Assembly: GCA_032718475.1 (NCBI GenBank)
Contig: JAUCBJ010007440.1
Coordinates: 1-63,167, forward strand
Source: Nemertoderma westbladi
Lineage: Eukaryota > Animalia > Xenacoelomorpha
Reading direction: 5' to 3'
Length of the DNA: 63,167 nucleotides
The position numbers were made by a program, and so were the translations under genes. The notes beneath the pieces are model-generated. The model was given only the letters and a program-made list of their open reading frames with translations. It was not told the origin of the DNA and did not search any database. Of the stretch, positions 1-10,755 are shown piece by piece. Within the stretch, counting starts at the first letter, position 1; every line of letters starts with the position of its first letter.

Positions 1-253
1 GAAGGAACATAGGTGAATGTAATACGAAAAATATAATGAGGCAGTTGCAGTTGACAACAGACCGGTAGATCAGTAGATCACAGAAACGCTGTACGGTACA
101 AAGCAGGTAACGTGACCGGTAAGGAGCCTAGGTACCTAGCACATCCGTACACTGACCAGTCAGCTCGGGTGGAGCCTAAGCCAGCACAGTCAACCATATC
201 CCAGGGCGGATGATTAACATCCCAATCTAACTGCAGTAGTGTGAGGTATGGCG
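1..253 (-). repeat. 3' LTR (about 13 bp missing beyond the window start)
   Basis: Matches 5949-6201 except at positions 171 (G vs C) and 233 (G vs A). Identity stops after ...GTATGGCG. Confidence 0.95.
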
Positions 254-256
254 CGA

Positions 257-266
257 TCTCTTTCCT
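257..266 (-). promoter_or_regulatory. Polypurine tract (plus-strand primer)
   Basis: Minus strand reads AGGAAAGAGA, 3 nt upstream of the 3' LTR. Confidence 0.75.
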
Positions 267-551
267 AAAATATGACTATAACCCAAACACAAACAAAATA
301 AACACTACTGGATAATATAAAGACAAGCTAAATAAGTCGGGAGTAAGCATATGACTACGTATAGAACAAATACTGCAAATAGTTTATTCCCGTGTCTAAC
401 TACTGCATAGTGCTACACCTAAATATATATATATATATATAGTCCTATAGGATATACCATTTCAAAAATAAACATGGATCTTAGTACAGTCTCCTACCCC
501 TAAGTATAGGTGGGGAAAAGACATCAATCCGGGCTGTACTGACAGCTTGTG

Positions 552-1655
552 TTAGTGACTCTCCTGAGAGGGGTACCCATAATAATCAGGCTGACGTCGA
601 AGCCGTTTGGGACGTTGAGGGATAGGAGTAACTGGGGGGAACCCAACACTGCTGGGGCCTTGTTGGTCGGTAGACGAAATCTCAATCTCATCGGTAGTAT
701 TGTGGGGTGTGACGACCGCCTCGGGCTGAGTTGGAGTACCTTTTTCCAGTGTAGACGATTTTGGACCAGAACCAAAAGCCAATTGAGACTCAGGAGTCTT
801 TAAACTTATCTCATCCTCATCAGAGGACTCTGCAGACGGCATGTCATAGTCATTAAATGGTATAGTTGGTACAAGTAAACAATCAGCCTTCCGTACACGA
901 TAGGAGTGGGCACGTAATTGTGAACCAACGAACTTACGTACATTACACCACTCTCCATCAATGGCTGACACAATATAGCGGGGGCGTGCGCGTAAAGATA
1001 TTGGGTCTGAGTATAAGTAAACTAAGTCTCCGACAGAGATAGAGCATGGTCGTGGAACAACTGTGGGCCGCTGTGCTTTTGAATGGGCACTGGGTCCATG
1101 ATTGGCTAAACGATCACCATGACGTTGGGAAATAAGTTCAATGTCATTAATGGGTATCTGTTCACCAGTGAACTGGTCCCGTTGAAGCAGAATCTCGCGG
1201 GAGGAGAGACCAGCAAAGCGTAGACGTGAATTTAGATTAGATACTGCAATAGCGACCATGGTAGAAGAATATGGGCCTCCTGTTGGTAAGAGCTTATGGA
1301 GCTCACCTTCCAATTCCTGGACAGCACGTTCAGCAACTGGGTTCTTGTCTGGGTTTTTGCGGCGCCCAACTTCAATCCGGAGGTGGTGCCGTTCTAGTAT
1401 CGTGTCATCAGTAAGAGACTGAAACCCAGGGGCAGGATCAGTACATATGACAGCGCACGGGCCACTCAGTGGACATAAGCCTGAACCTAGGATGATGAGG
1501 GCATCACGAAGTGTAGACTTACATTCATCTGGTACTAAACATGCAGTGGTATATGAAGATGCACATTCACGGAGAAGCAAAATCCGCTGAGAATACCGAC
1601 GGATCACATCAGCCGCGAAACTAATGCCAAACGCAGCTGGGTGTTCGGATGAGGT
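552..1655 (-). pseudogene. Integrase catalytic core and C-terminus; in-frame continuation of gag-pol after a premature TAG
   Basis: Same frame as 1656-5453. Reads TSSEHPAAFGISFAADVIRR...ICTDPAPGF...NPVAERAVQELE (D,D,E triad). Confidence 0.9.
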
Positions 1656-4600
1656 CTATGGACGTATGCAATGGGGGGCAGCTTGGAGTGCCACACACTG
1701 GTGGCAGTGTGTAGATGTAGCCTCGATGGCACGGTCTAAGTCAAGTGCGTGGAAATATCGAGTGAATGTATTACGGAGTTGAGAGCGAGATGGATGATGC
1801 ATCTCTAAATGCATGGATGTTAGCAAGCCAGAGAGTCCAGACCGAGGGATAACAATTACCTCATTGGGAGATGCAAATGGACGCTGACGTTTTACTACTA
1901 GCAATCCATCCCGTGCAATAGCACAACAGCCTAGATAACGTTTTACATCACGGCTGTGGGTATCACGCTTGGTTGGGCGGGTACCTTGGGAGAGATGCGC
2001 CTGTGTCCGTCGCAGATCGGCACACTCCTGTTGTGTAGCGCGCCAGGCTGTGCGACTGGCATATAGGGGACGGGGACTAGGGGAACCTGGTGTAGAAGGA
2101 GACTCATTTGTGAAGTCAGATGAAACACGAATCACTGGAGATGGGATGGTGTCCTGGAGAAACTTGCATACCTGACATGACTGTAAGGTACACGGGGAAA
2201 CATTCCGGCTTTGAAAGTCGGCGGGCAGGTTGGTAGTTCCCTTGATATGGTCAATAGAGACTAAGAACTGGCTTGAGACGGCTAAGAATGTGGATAAACG
2301 TGGGCTAGCTGAGTATGAACCACGGGATAACTTTTTAAATGCCTCCACACATGGCTTACTGTCCGTTAGAACCCGGGAAGGACGGCTGGATGCGACAATA
2401 TAAGGAGCAAAATGGGTCACAGCAGCAGCAATGGCAAGGGCTTCGAGTTCGCAAGGTAGCCATGAATGTTGATGAGCTTTTAGTTTGGCCGAATAGAAAC
2501 CTGCTACAAGGAGTGATGGACCACGTTTCGCGTAGAGTACTGCACCAAGACCGTCAACACTGGATGCAGCGTCTGTGACAATGAATAACTCATCACCAGG
2601 GTGGGGAATGGTAATAGACTGGCAGGATTGGACAGCAGCTTGTGAACGACGAAAGATGGAAGTCAACTCTGGGGTCCAAGCAGGTTCCTGACTAGGGGAA
2701 TCTGTTAAGATACTATCTAATGGGCCTACTAATGCAGAGCAATGGGGCAATACCCTAGCGAGTGTCTTGTAAGAGCCAAGATAGGAACGAAGGGCACGTG
2801 TAGTAGTTGGAAGTGGACAAGAAGCGAGAGCAGATGTAATATGTGTGGACGCTGTTAAAGTACCATGAGCCCACTTCCAGCCAAGGATTGTTGTAGAACG
2901 AGGGCAGATTACTGTTTTGTGAGCGGATAAACGGAGGTTAGAAAGCTGGAGTGCTGTTAGTAACTCACAAAAGGTTTGACGGAGCTCATCGATTGTGTTC
3001 CCACCACAGTAAAGGTCATCGGCCATCTTAAGGACTGTTCCCTTACAGAGGAGGTCACCAAGAACGCGGGTCATTAGTTCATCAAGGGCAGTCTCTGACC
3101 CTGGCATGCCCATGGCACAGCGTTGGTACACACGGACACCGCGAAATGGGGTTACTACTCCACAGAAACGCATGGATGCACGTTGAAGGGGGATTTGGTA
3201 GAATGCACTAGTTAGGTCTGTGTGGATAAGATACTTAAAACGTCCAAGGGATCGTAGGGTTGAGTCAACATCTGGGAGTAGAGCAGGTGGAGGTTTACAA
3301 TATTTAGCAACTTCGGTAAAGGCGGTCACTAACCGGGTGCCACCATTTGGCTTTGCGACGAGGAATGATGGATTTAAATATTCTACCGTGACTCCAGCTG
3401 CCTCAGGGGTAGCAAATACACCGAGAGACTCGAGTTCATCGAAGCGGGTCTGGAGCTCAACTAAGCGATCACGGGAATATAAGGGAATACGTCCCTTATG
3501 TTGAGGGGGTATGGTAGGGCCAACATTCACAATAGACTCAAAGGGGCCAGCATGTGCATTATAACCGGGGAAAGCTGGATTAAAAACTTCCTGGTAGGTC
3601 TTGAGTATGTCATGGAATGATGCACGTTCATGGTAAGATAGGACTTTATCAGGATCTAATCTAATAGACTCTATATGGCTCACAGGGGTAGTAACAGAGC
3701 GACATATAGTGGACCTGAGAGGGGGTGCAGGGGCTAGGTCTATATCAGATGTGTCATTGGTAGGAAGAGCTGAGCATACATGGGAATTGCGTACTACCTT
3801 TACAGGGGATGTGGTAGAGTTATGTAATTTAATAGTACCGCTTATATTGTTTGCAAGGGTGGGTTGGAACCAAGGGGGTTGAGGTGGGGGGGCATGGGAA
3901 CCAAACACTTGGTGGGGAGCGACTAGTATAGATGCAGTAGATTCTAGATGGTCTGGGAGGGGTAAGGTAAGTGACTCACCAGGTAACACAACTGTAGAAT
4001 GGGGTGGAGCACGAAGAAGACAGGCCTTAATATGCCGGATAGATGGAGAAGGTTTACTAAGCCCATATTGATGGATGGAACCATCCATGAAAGTAATGAT
4101 GGACTTCGAGGGTCGAATTGAAATGTCGTTAGCAGCCAGGAAAGGCATTCCAGCTAAGACTGGAGTGTTAAGATCCCTAACCACAAGGCCCCGAAAAAAG
4201 AATGAAAGTGGACCTCGGGTGATGGTGAACTCAGTCTCACCCTCGATGTCTGACAGGGGGGAGCCATCAGCCTGGGAAGGGACTTGGAGAGTGTTGGGGG
4301 AAATTGGTACGCGTAACTGCCGGGCTGTAGGGCTGGATATGAGGTTAGACTCGGCACCACAATCTAGAAGTATACATATCGATTGGCCATTAAATGTGGC
4401 TTCAAATGTTGGGCTTGGGATAACAGCAACACGGTTAATAGAAGGAGTGCGGGAAGGTTCGGGGCCTGAATATATCTCGACATTTTCAGGATCTGACTCA
4501 AGTTCATCGATATGTACCAGGTGTGCGCGGGCAATAAACCGGCGGTCAGACTCTGGTAGGAAACTACACTTGCTCAAGAAGTGGTCTACATTATTGCGTT

Positions 4601-5453
4601 TTGCTTGAGAGCATAAAGGGCAATAAGGAGTTGGAGTTGCCCGGGTGGGTTGGCGTCCTCTAGGACGAGTTCCAGAGTTGTGATGACTACTGGAGCTGGG
4701 ATGAAAGGACCGGGTATTCCAATGTTGGGTTCGGAAGGTACGCACCTCAGAAGTTATGTGAAGTTCTTCAAGGAGAGAATTCAGAGACTGGGAAATCTCA
4801 GCTTTCAAAGATGCTAATGTACAGGATCGCAGGGAAGTACCATATCGTTGCTGTACAAGATGAGGGAGCTCAGGGTGGATTAAACGTAACCATGTTAAGA
4901 CTACAAAATTTTCCAGGGATGGGGTTAACTCTTCATCAGTTGTAGGGATAATACCATGGTGAGAAATACCACCATCTGGGGATAATAAATTATCGTCAAC
5001 AAAAGCCATTAACCTTTGGAATAAATCCTCAGGCCTTTCCTCATGTTCTAATTTAAAATCACAAAATGAAATAAATTGGGCCCCTGTGGACTGAAACCCA
5101 TAATGGAGGCGGATGGCCTGCCATACAGATGTGAGTGAAACAGAATCACGAATAATAGACTTGCGTGCGATAATTGGGGCATAGTTAGCAACTTGACCAA
5201 GGAGAAGTTGTAGAGAGGCACACTGTTGCTGGGCAGTACGACGGCGGGCAACCGGGATGGAATTATCATCATCGACGAGACCACGGTTCGGTGTAGTAGA
5301 TGACTGGCGCAACCAAGTAGCTGTTGGATCTGTAAATCGGGCGAATTCAGGATCGAGAGCTAAGTTATAAATTGGGTTGGTCCGCCATGCTTCGAAAGTT
5401 CCAAGTGTTTCTGTATGGGTAAGGGGCAGAAGCTTGGGAGTTTTCAGGGTCAT
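1656..5453 (-). CDS. Gag-Pol polyprotein (Gag, CCHC knuckle, aspartic protease, RT, RNase H, integrase Zn-finger), truncated by TAG
   Basis: CPLC-x9-H-x4-C knuckle, LLDCGA protease, DLTSAFYQIPL / MGMPGS / MADD RT motifs, VTDAAS...CELEAL...LTDSKP...ADFQSR RNase H, H-x3-HH...CHQC integrase N-terminus. Confidence 0.93.
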   Translation of the reverse strand: MTLKTPKLLPLTHTETLGTFEAWRTNPIYNLALDPEFARFTDPTATWLRQSSTTPNRGLVDDDNSIPVARRRTAQQQCASLQLLLGQVANYAPIIARKSIIRDSVSLTSVWQAIRLHYGFQSTGAQFISFCDFKLEHEERPEDLFQRLMAFVDDNLLSPDGGISHHGIIPTTDEELTPSLENFVVLTWLRLIHPELPHLVQQRYGTSLRSCTLASLKAEISQSLNSLLEELHITSEVRTFRTQHWNTRSFHPSSSSHHNSGTRPRGRQPTRATPTPYCPLCSQAKRNNVDHFLSKCSFLPESDRRFIARAHLVHIDELESDPENVEIYSGPEPSRTPSINRVAVIPSPTFEATFNGQSICILLDCGAESNLISSPTARQLRVPISPNTLQVPSQADGSPLSDIEGETEFTITRGPLSFFFRGLVVRDLNTPVLAGMPFLAANDISIRPSKSIITFMDGSIHQYGLSKPSPSIRHIKACLLRAPPHSTVVLPGESLTLPLPDHLESTASILVAPHQVFGSHAPPPQPPWFQPTLANNISGTIKLHNSTTSPVKVVRNSHVCSALPTNDTSDIDLAPAPPLRSTICRSVTTPVSHIESIRLDPDKVLSYHERASFHDILKTYQEVFNPAFPGYNAHAGPFESIVNVGPTIPPQHKGRIPLYSRDRLVELQTRFDELESLGVFATPEAAGVTVEYLNPSFLVAKPNGGTRLVTAFTEVAKYCKPPPALLPDVDSTLRSLGRFKYLIHTDLTSAFYQIPLQRASMRFCGVVTPFRGVRVYQRCAMGMPGSETALDELMTRVLGDLLCKGTVLKMADDLYCGGNTIDELRQTFCELLTALQLSNLRLSAHKTVICPRSTTILGWKWAHGTLTASTHITSALASCPLPTTTRALRSYLGSYKTLARVLPHCSALVGPLDSILTDSPSQEPAWTPELTSIFRRSQAAVQSCQSITIPHPGDELFIVTDAASSVDGLGAVLYAKRGPSLLVAGFYSAKLKAHQHSWLPCELEALAIAAAVTHFAPYIVASSRPSRVLTDSKPCVEAFKKLSRGSYSASPRLSTFLAVSSQFLVSIDHIKGTTNLPADFQSRNVSPCTLQSCQVCKFLQDTIPSPVIRVSSDFTNESPSTPGSPSPRPLYASRTAWRATQQECADLRRTQAHLSQGTRPTKRDTHSRDVKRYLGCCAIARDGLLVVKRQRPFASPNEVIVIPRSGLSGLLTSMHLEMHHPSRSQLRNTFTRYFHALDLDRAIEATSTHCHQCVALQAAPHCIRP

Positions 5454-5924
5454 GGTTGTACGGGATTAGACAACTAAGTTGTTTATCAGATGTAAGGCTG
5501 ATAGGCTAGGTTGGAGTTTATCTAACGCCTATCAGCCTATCACTGTATCAGGGCTGCACTGTATCAGCCTATTGCAGTACTGTATACGAGGCTAAGACTG
5601 CAGTAAAAGGGTGTCGGTAATGAGGGCGCAGTAGCCTACAGCAATAGCTTTGTAATAGCAGAGTGGAGAGAAAACGGTTTATTTATTCGTAAAATATAGG
5701 CCTACCTGCCTAGATCGTGAGACTAGGACGGGCAGACTTGTAGGTATCGTACAAAGCAGCTGTATTGGACTATTCCAGTATTCGTAATTTATAGGCCTAG
5801 GCCTATAGTTCGTTGTTGCTGCTGGTAAATTACGGTATCGGATCCGCCAGTCTGTTGTCGGTAATGGGTACCGGGTAGGCCTAAATCAAATAGTTTGAAT
5901 TGGGAGAACGTAGGTTGAACCCGA

Positions 5925-5935
5925 CGCTGCCACCA
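5925..5935 (-). promoter_or_regulatory. Primer binding site, complementary to a tRNA-Leu-like 3' end
   Basis: Minus strand TGGTGGCAGCG directly after the 5' LTR. The plus strand CGCTGCCACCA resembles the CCA end of eukaryotic tRNA-Leu (from recall, not a search). Confidence 0.8.
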
Positions 5936-6201
5936 CGCCAAGGATGAAGAAGGAACATAGGTGAATGTAATACGAAAAATATAATGAGGCAGTTGCAGTT
6001 GACAACAGACCGGTAGATCAGTAGATCACAGAAACGCTGTACGGTACAAAGCAGGTAACGTGACCGGTAAGGAGCCTAGGTACCTAGCACATCCGTACAC
6101 TGACCAGTCAGCTCGGGTCGAGCCTAAGCCAGCACAGTCAACCATATCCCAGGGCGGATGATTAACATCCCAATCTAACTACAGTAGTGTGAGGTATGGC
6201 G
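5936..6201 (-). repeat. 5' LTR, 266 bp, with CGCCA...TGGCG inverted termini
   Basis: Bounded on one side by the PBS and on the other by the end of identity with the left LTR. 5-bp terminal inverted repeat. Confidence 0.9.
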
Positions 6202-6265
6202 TTATACTAATCACAACTGGATGGCTACTGAGTTTCGTAAAAGGCGCATTCTTTAGGAGATGCTT

Positions 6266-6663
6266 TATTAACCTTCACACTACTTCACACGACTTCACAC
6301 TAGTTCACACTACTGCGCACTGATCTGCCGACCGTCACTGAATTTGATCATATATAAGGAGGATCGCAACTGACACATGTAGGGATTATGAAATAGCATT
6401 CAATTCACACAAAAACCACTTTAATGTAAGTCGCAGTTGCTACCGGTAAACCTGTTCCTCTAACCTTTAGTAATCAAAGAGATTGAGGGTTTTATGATGA
6501 TTCATCGGTATTCTCCAAATATATCAGCAATATATAACAACATAACACTGTAACACCAATTAATAACAGAATCAAATAATGCGGTGAACAGTCAGTATGT
6601 GTAGTTGAATCGCGTTGCGTGATGCCGCGACGTGGCGGTGTGCTGCGGTGTGATGCGTTAATA
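6266..6663. mobile_element. Possible degenerate MITE with arms made of ~10-bp CACAC-containing repeats
   Basis: TATTAACCTTCACAC(TACTTCACAC-like)n on the left; GTGTGCTGCGGTGTGATGCGTTAATA on the right is an imperfect reverse complement. Confidence 0.3.
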
Positions 6664-6963
6664 GTTTTACGTTCCTTTGATCAAAGCCATCTGATGTTTC
6701 TGAGGTTTAGGTCAAAGTCTGAAACTTCCACAGAAGTACAGAAGAATCCTAAGCCGGTGTTCTGGGCTTAGAAAGATACACACTGACTGAATTGCGTGAG
6801 TTTCTGTATGCACTGTCCAACATAACATAAAATGAAAATCGCTCTGATTGGTCGAGCCGAACAAAGAACAAAGAAAGCCAAAAAGCTCCACGTCGACATA
6901 TCAGCTGATAGATGTCGTCATCTGAACTACACTGTATTAAGAGTATTTTGGCGTATTGCGGCA

Positions 6964-7073
6964 CAAAATGGCTTGTTATGTCCGCCAAAGTACACATACA
7001 GAAAAATGGCTTTTTATGTCCACTAAAACACCTACACAGTAAGAAAACGGCTTTTTTTGTCCGCTAAAACACC
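6964..7073. repeat. Three imperfect ~40-bp tandem repeats
   Basis: AAAAYGGCTTKTTWTGTCCRCYAAA recurs near 6965, 7003 and 7044. Confidence 0.6.
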
Positions 7074-7126
7074 TTCAGAGTACTTTGCGGGGTCAATAAC
7101 TAGCTAGATCCGCAAAAGCCTTTACA

Positions 7127-7376
7127 ACAATAAACGATCATTTAACTAATTGAGGGAAAGGAGCAGGTTACAGAGGCGGGCCTTTCTAACCAAAACAATA
7201 ATTGGTCACTTTACCAATTCAGGGAAAGGAGCAGGTTACAGAGGCGGGATTTTCTAACCAAAACAATAAACGATCATTTAACTAATTGAGGGAAAGGGGC
7301 AGGTTACAGAGGCGGGATTTTCTAACCAAAACAATAAACGATCATTTAACTAATTGAGGGAAAGGAGCAGGTTACT
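7127..7376. repeat. ~67-bp minisatellite, about 3.7 copies
   Basis: Unit AACAATAAACGATCATTTAACTAATTGAGGGAAAGGAGCAGGTTACAGAGGCGGGATTTTCTAACCAA, with the second copy more diverged. Confidence 0.9.
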
Positions 7377-8046
7377 GAGACGATAAAACTAATACAGTAA
7401 TAGGCCTAAATTATGTGAAAGGTATATCCACATTTTCCACAATCCTGCAATCCAGTTTGGCCTATCAATTATTTAAAATTTATTAACACAACCGGTAGGT
7501 CTACCATTACCGTATTTAAATGGTAGGCAACACAGTAGGCCTATAGCCGTACCGGTGCCGTTACCGGTACTAAAATACAGAAATACCTGCTTTATACCTA
7601 CATCTGTACATACAATACAGCAAAATAGTGCTATATATACTAATACCGGTACTGATAGCCTGAGAGAACAGCAGTAGACAGGTAGAGAAACCGGTAGCAT
7701 GGAACCTAACATTAGACTTTTGGAGGACATAAAAAATAAAAAAAAAGGACAAAAAAAGGATTTAAACGGACAATAAAATTATTGCGTTTAGAAATTAGTA
7801 GGGACATGGCATGTTTTAAAAGTACAACATAGGTACACCTGCTGTATATACTGTAGATTTAAGTTCATTAGCTGCCATTTCTTGTTTTCATTGCTGCTGC
7901 AGAAGGCCATTAATTATTATCTACCAGTATCTTTCAGAATTTGATTATACAGGCTTATTGTATACCTTATGCTGTTGTCAGTTATGAATTATTAATAAAC
8001 CAGTTGAGTTTTTATTTGTTTGTGATCAATTGCCAACCATATATCA

Positions 8047-10755
8047 ATGTGTAACAGCTTAAATTCTTATTCTTATCGACTTGATAGCCATAAACAAAAG
8101 GATGCCGTTCATAGCTTCTCGGTTGCATTGAGTAATAATTTGTGGTACAAAGCGTTTGGGAAAGACCATATACATACAGTAGTTGTTTTAAATACTGTGA
8201 AAAATCGCCTGAATCGATATCTTTCATCTTACCAAGCTGCTGTTTATAAAACTCGACGAAAAGGCAGTTGTACTTTAGGTCCCGTAGAATTGAATGGCGA
8301 AATGCAAATTCAACTGTCCTAGATCTATTAAGTTGCATTAAAGTCATCTTCGGATCCGAGCAATTTCGATGAATCTGAGCGCATATTTTACTTTGATCAG
8401 CATGAGATTAGGAAAATGGTAATCAGTGATCACATAGATGGAGATTATCAATTAGCGAAGGTTGTTGAAGCGGATAATGCTGGACGAGATTTACGAGAAC
8501 TACAGTAGCTCATGCGATTTCTCATCCTATTTATGAAGGAAATAATGATGGAAAGGTTTGGGCAGGAACATCATCTTCTGTAATTAACATCATATCTCAG
8601 CTGCATTAGATTATTCAGTATCAAGGTCAGGTTTAATTCGCAGCAGCAAGCCTTTAGTTGATAAGTGTGTTGGCAATTTTGGCAAAATTGACACAAATTT
8701 TGCCCCTTAGAAAAGGAAAACGTGATTTTCTCCCTAAGACTAAATCTGTTATTATCCAAACTAGTGCCAAGGTTGGAATCAGTATAGAGCACTCAAGGAA
8801 GACATTCCAAATCGTAACTGAAATTTTCTTTGGTATTAAATACTATTTATCAATTGAAGAGGTTAAACTCGGGTCTGATAGGGAGAAACAGAGTTGTGAT
8901 GGTGAGCCTCCATTAAAACAAAGGAAAACTTCTCATTGTTCTGATGAGTGGGAAGATTATAAACTCGTTGTACCTTCATCAAGGGTTCTATGTAAAGAGA
9001 GGCATTTGCTTTCAATACAGGCAGAATGTAGTGCAGCACTTGTTATTCTGGATGCCGACATTTATGACAAACTTACCATCCAATATGATAACACAACCCG
9101 AAGAAAAATAGCAGCTGAATGGTCATCAATTATTGTTAACTTTCAAGTGGTGGAGTTTTCAGAGTAAGACCTCTTAGTTTAGCTCGTGAATCTAGAGAAG
9201 ATATATCAATGTTGATGGTTGAGACATTTAAAAGACTAGCACTAGCAGGTGAAACATCGGCAAAAGTGCTATGGGATAGAGTTAATGCAATGACTGATTC
9301 AGTCTCTAAGAATTTACATATTGAAAATTCTGTTGCTATCACTCTTGGAACCAATCACATAACTCTCCATTTATTATGTGTATCTCACACTTGTGAGGTA
9401 TTTGACAAAGAAAATATTGATATCATTAATCAATTAGCGACCAAGATTGATCTTCAAAATATTATTTTTCATCATGAGCCTAGTTTAAAACATTTCCTTT
9501 CAAGTAGTTTTATTGTTGGAGTCATCACAGCATTTCAAAAAATTAGTAGTGAATGATGGTCATAAGTCTTCTTTATGGGAAGAATTTGATTTTATACTAA
9601 AAGAACGACAGAGGGTGAATCGCTTCTCTATCTTCAAAGAACGTAGGTTTGGGAAATTAGGCTATACATCCAGATTCACAGTGGATAAAGTTGAAAGTTA
9701 TCTCGAATTATATATGATGAATGAGTTTTGCAAGAGGGCTGCAGTTGATCTCCAGAGGCAAAGGGGGAGTGAGTATGGCTTTTCTTATGAGGAGAGTTCC
9801 TCGCGTGCTACAGACTTATCTTTGCTTGAAGATGAAGTAACATCAGGATTACCAGTTAACAACTTGGATTGTGAGCGTGACTTAGCAAAGTTTGATGTTT
9901 TATGTAGAAGAGCAGCTGCCTGTGCGAATCGAAATTTTAGTGGAAAGTGTTTAAGAGATGATATGGTGCTCTATAAAGCGAATGTGAAAGAACGTGGTCC
10001 AGAGATTTTTAGGTTACCCAGAATTCTTGATGAGAGAGAACAGAACTGGTTACACAATCAAGATGCCAAATTTAAAGAGATTATGGAAGCAACGATTGTT
10101 ACGAGGCAGCAACTACAATCAAGGGTAACAAAGTTACTGATAACTTGTAAAACTTGGGGTGGTCCAATAACAGAGTTGTCCGAAATCGATGAAGTACTTG
10201 AGGTAACTGACCAAGATCATCAAAAGGTTCCAATGTAACGAAATTCTATTCCATCGCCATTCCCATCCACGGGAGTTCCAAATCAACCCAAGCTTCTATA
10301 AGGTGATGAGGCTTAGCGAAATTGACCTAAAGGCGAATCTAGCAGAAATAATTGCAAACAATAGTAGTAGAAGTGGGTCAAAGAATACACCACTACCGGA
10401 TGAGAATGATATGATTCGAACTTTCGATATTCGCAGTGAACCACAATTTGTAGGACCAAGATTAAGTGAGCCTGAATATATTAACCCTCCGCCTGATGTG
10501 ACACATGGAACTGAATCTGACTTACTTTATAATGATGGATTTACACCGATAGTGAATGACCCAATCATTGTAATTTGGGATATTCCAACTGAACGAGTAT
10601 GGTATATTGCAATGTGCCTTCAGTTGAATAGTTCTAACAATGATGGATATAAGGTTGAACATCTTAATCGAATCGATGAAGCTAGTGATGTTAAGTGGAG
10701 ATATCCTCATTACCTGATACACAGTCGATCACAAAACTTCAAATTATTCCTATAA
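8047..10755 (+). pseudogene. Fragmented DDE-type DNA transposase, superfamily uncertain
   Basis: Colinear ORF fragments 8047-8322, 8658-9167, 9209-9556, 9513-10238 and 10303-10755 separated by frameshifts/stops. Motifs IQYDNTT (D1), AMTDSVSKN (D2), LLCVSH (CxxH), PVNNLDCERDL (E). Confidence 0.65.

Larger units (their letters stand above)
1..6201 (-). mobile_element. Ty3/Gypsy LTR retrotransposon, near full length (left LTR cut by the window edge)
   Basis: Direct repeats 1-253 and 5949-6201 differ at only 2 positions. PBS and PPT abut the LTRs. Internal minus-strand ORF has the order Gag-PR-RT-RNaseH-IN, diagnostic of Ty3/Gypsy. Confidence 0.96.

Noticed and set aside
3220-4608. Antisense ORFs within the Gypsy element (and similar ones inside the LINEs)
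   Set aside because: Shadow ORFs opposite real coding frames with no recognisable motifs.
5911-5935. tRNA gene
   Set aside because: Only the 3'-terminal tRNA-like bases are present; this is the PBS, with no cloverleaf.
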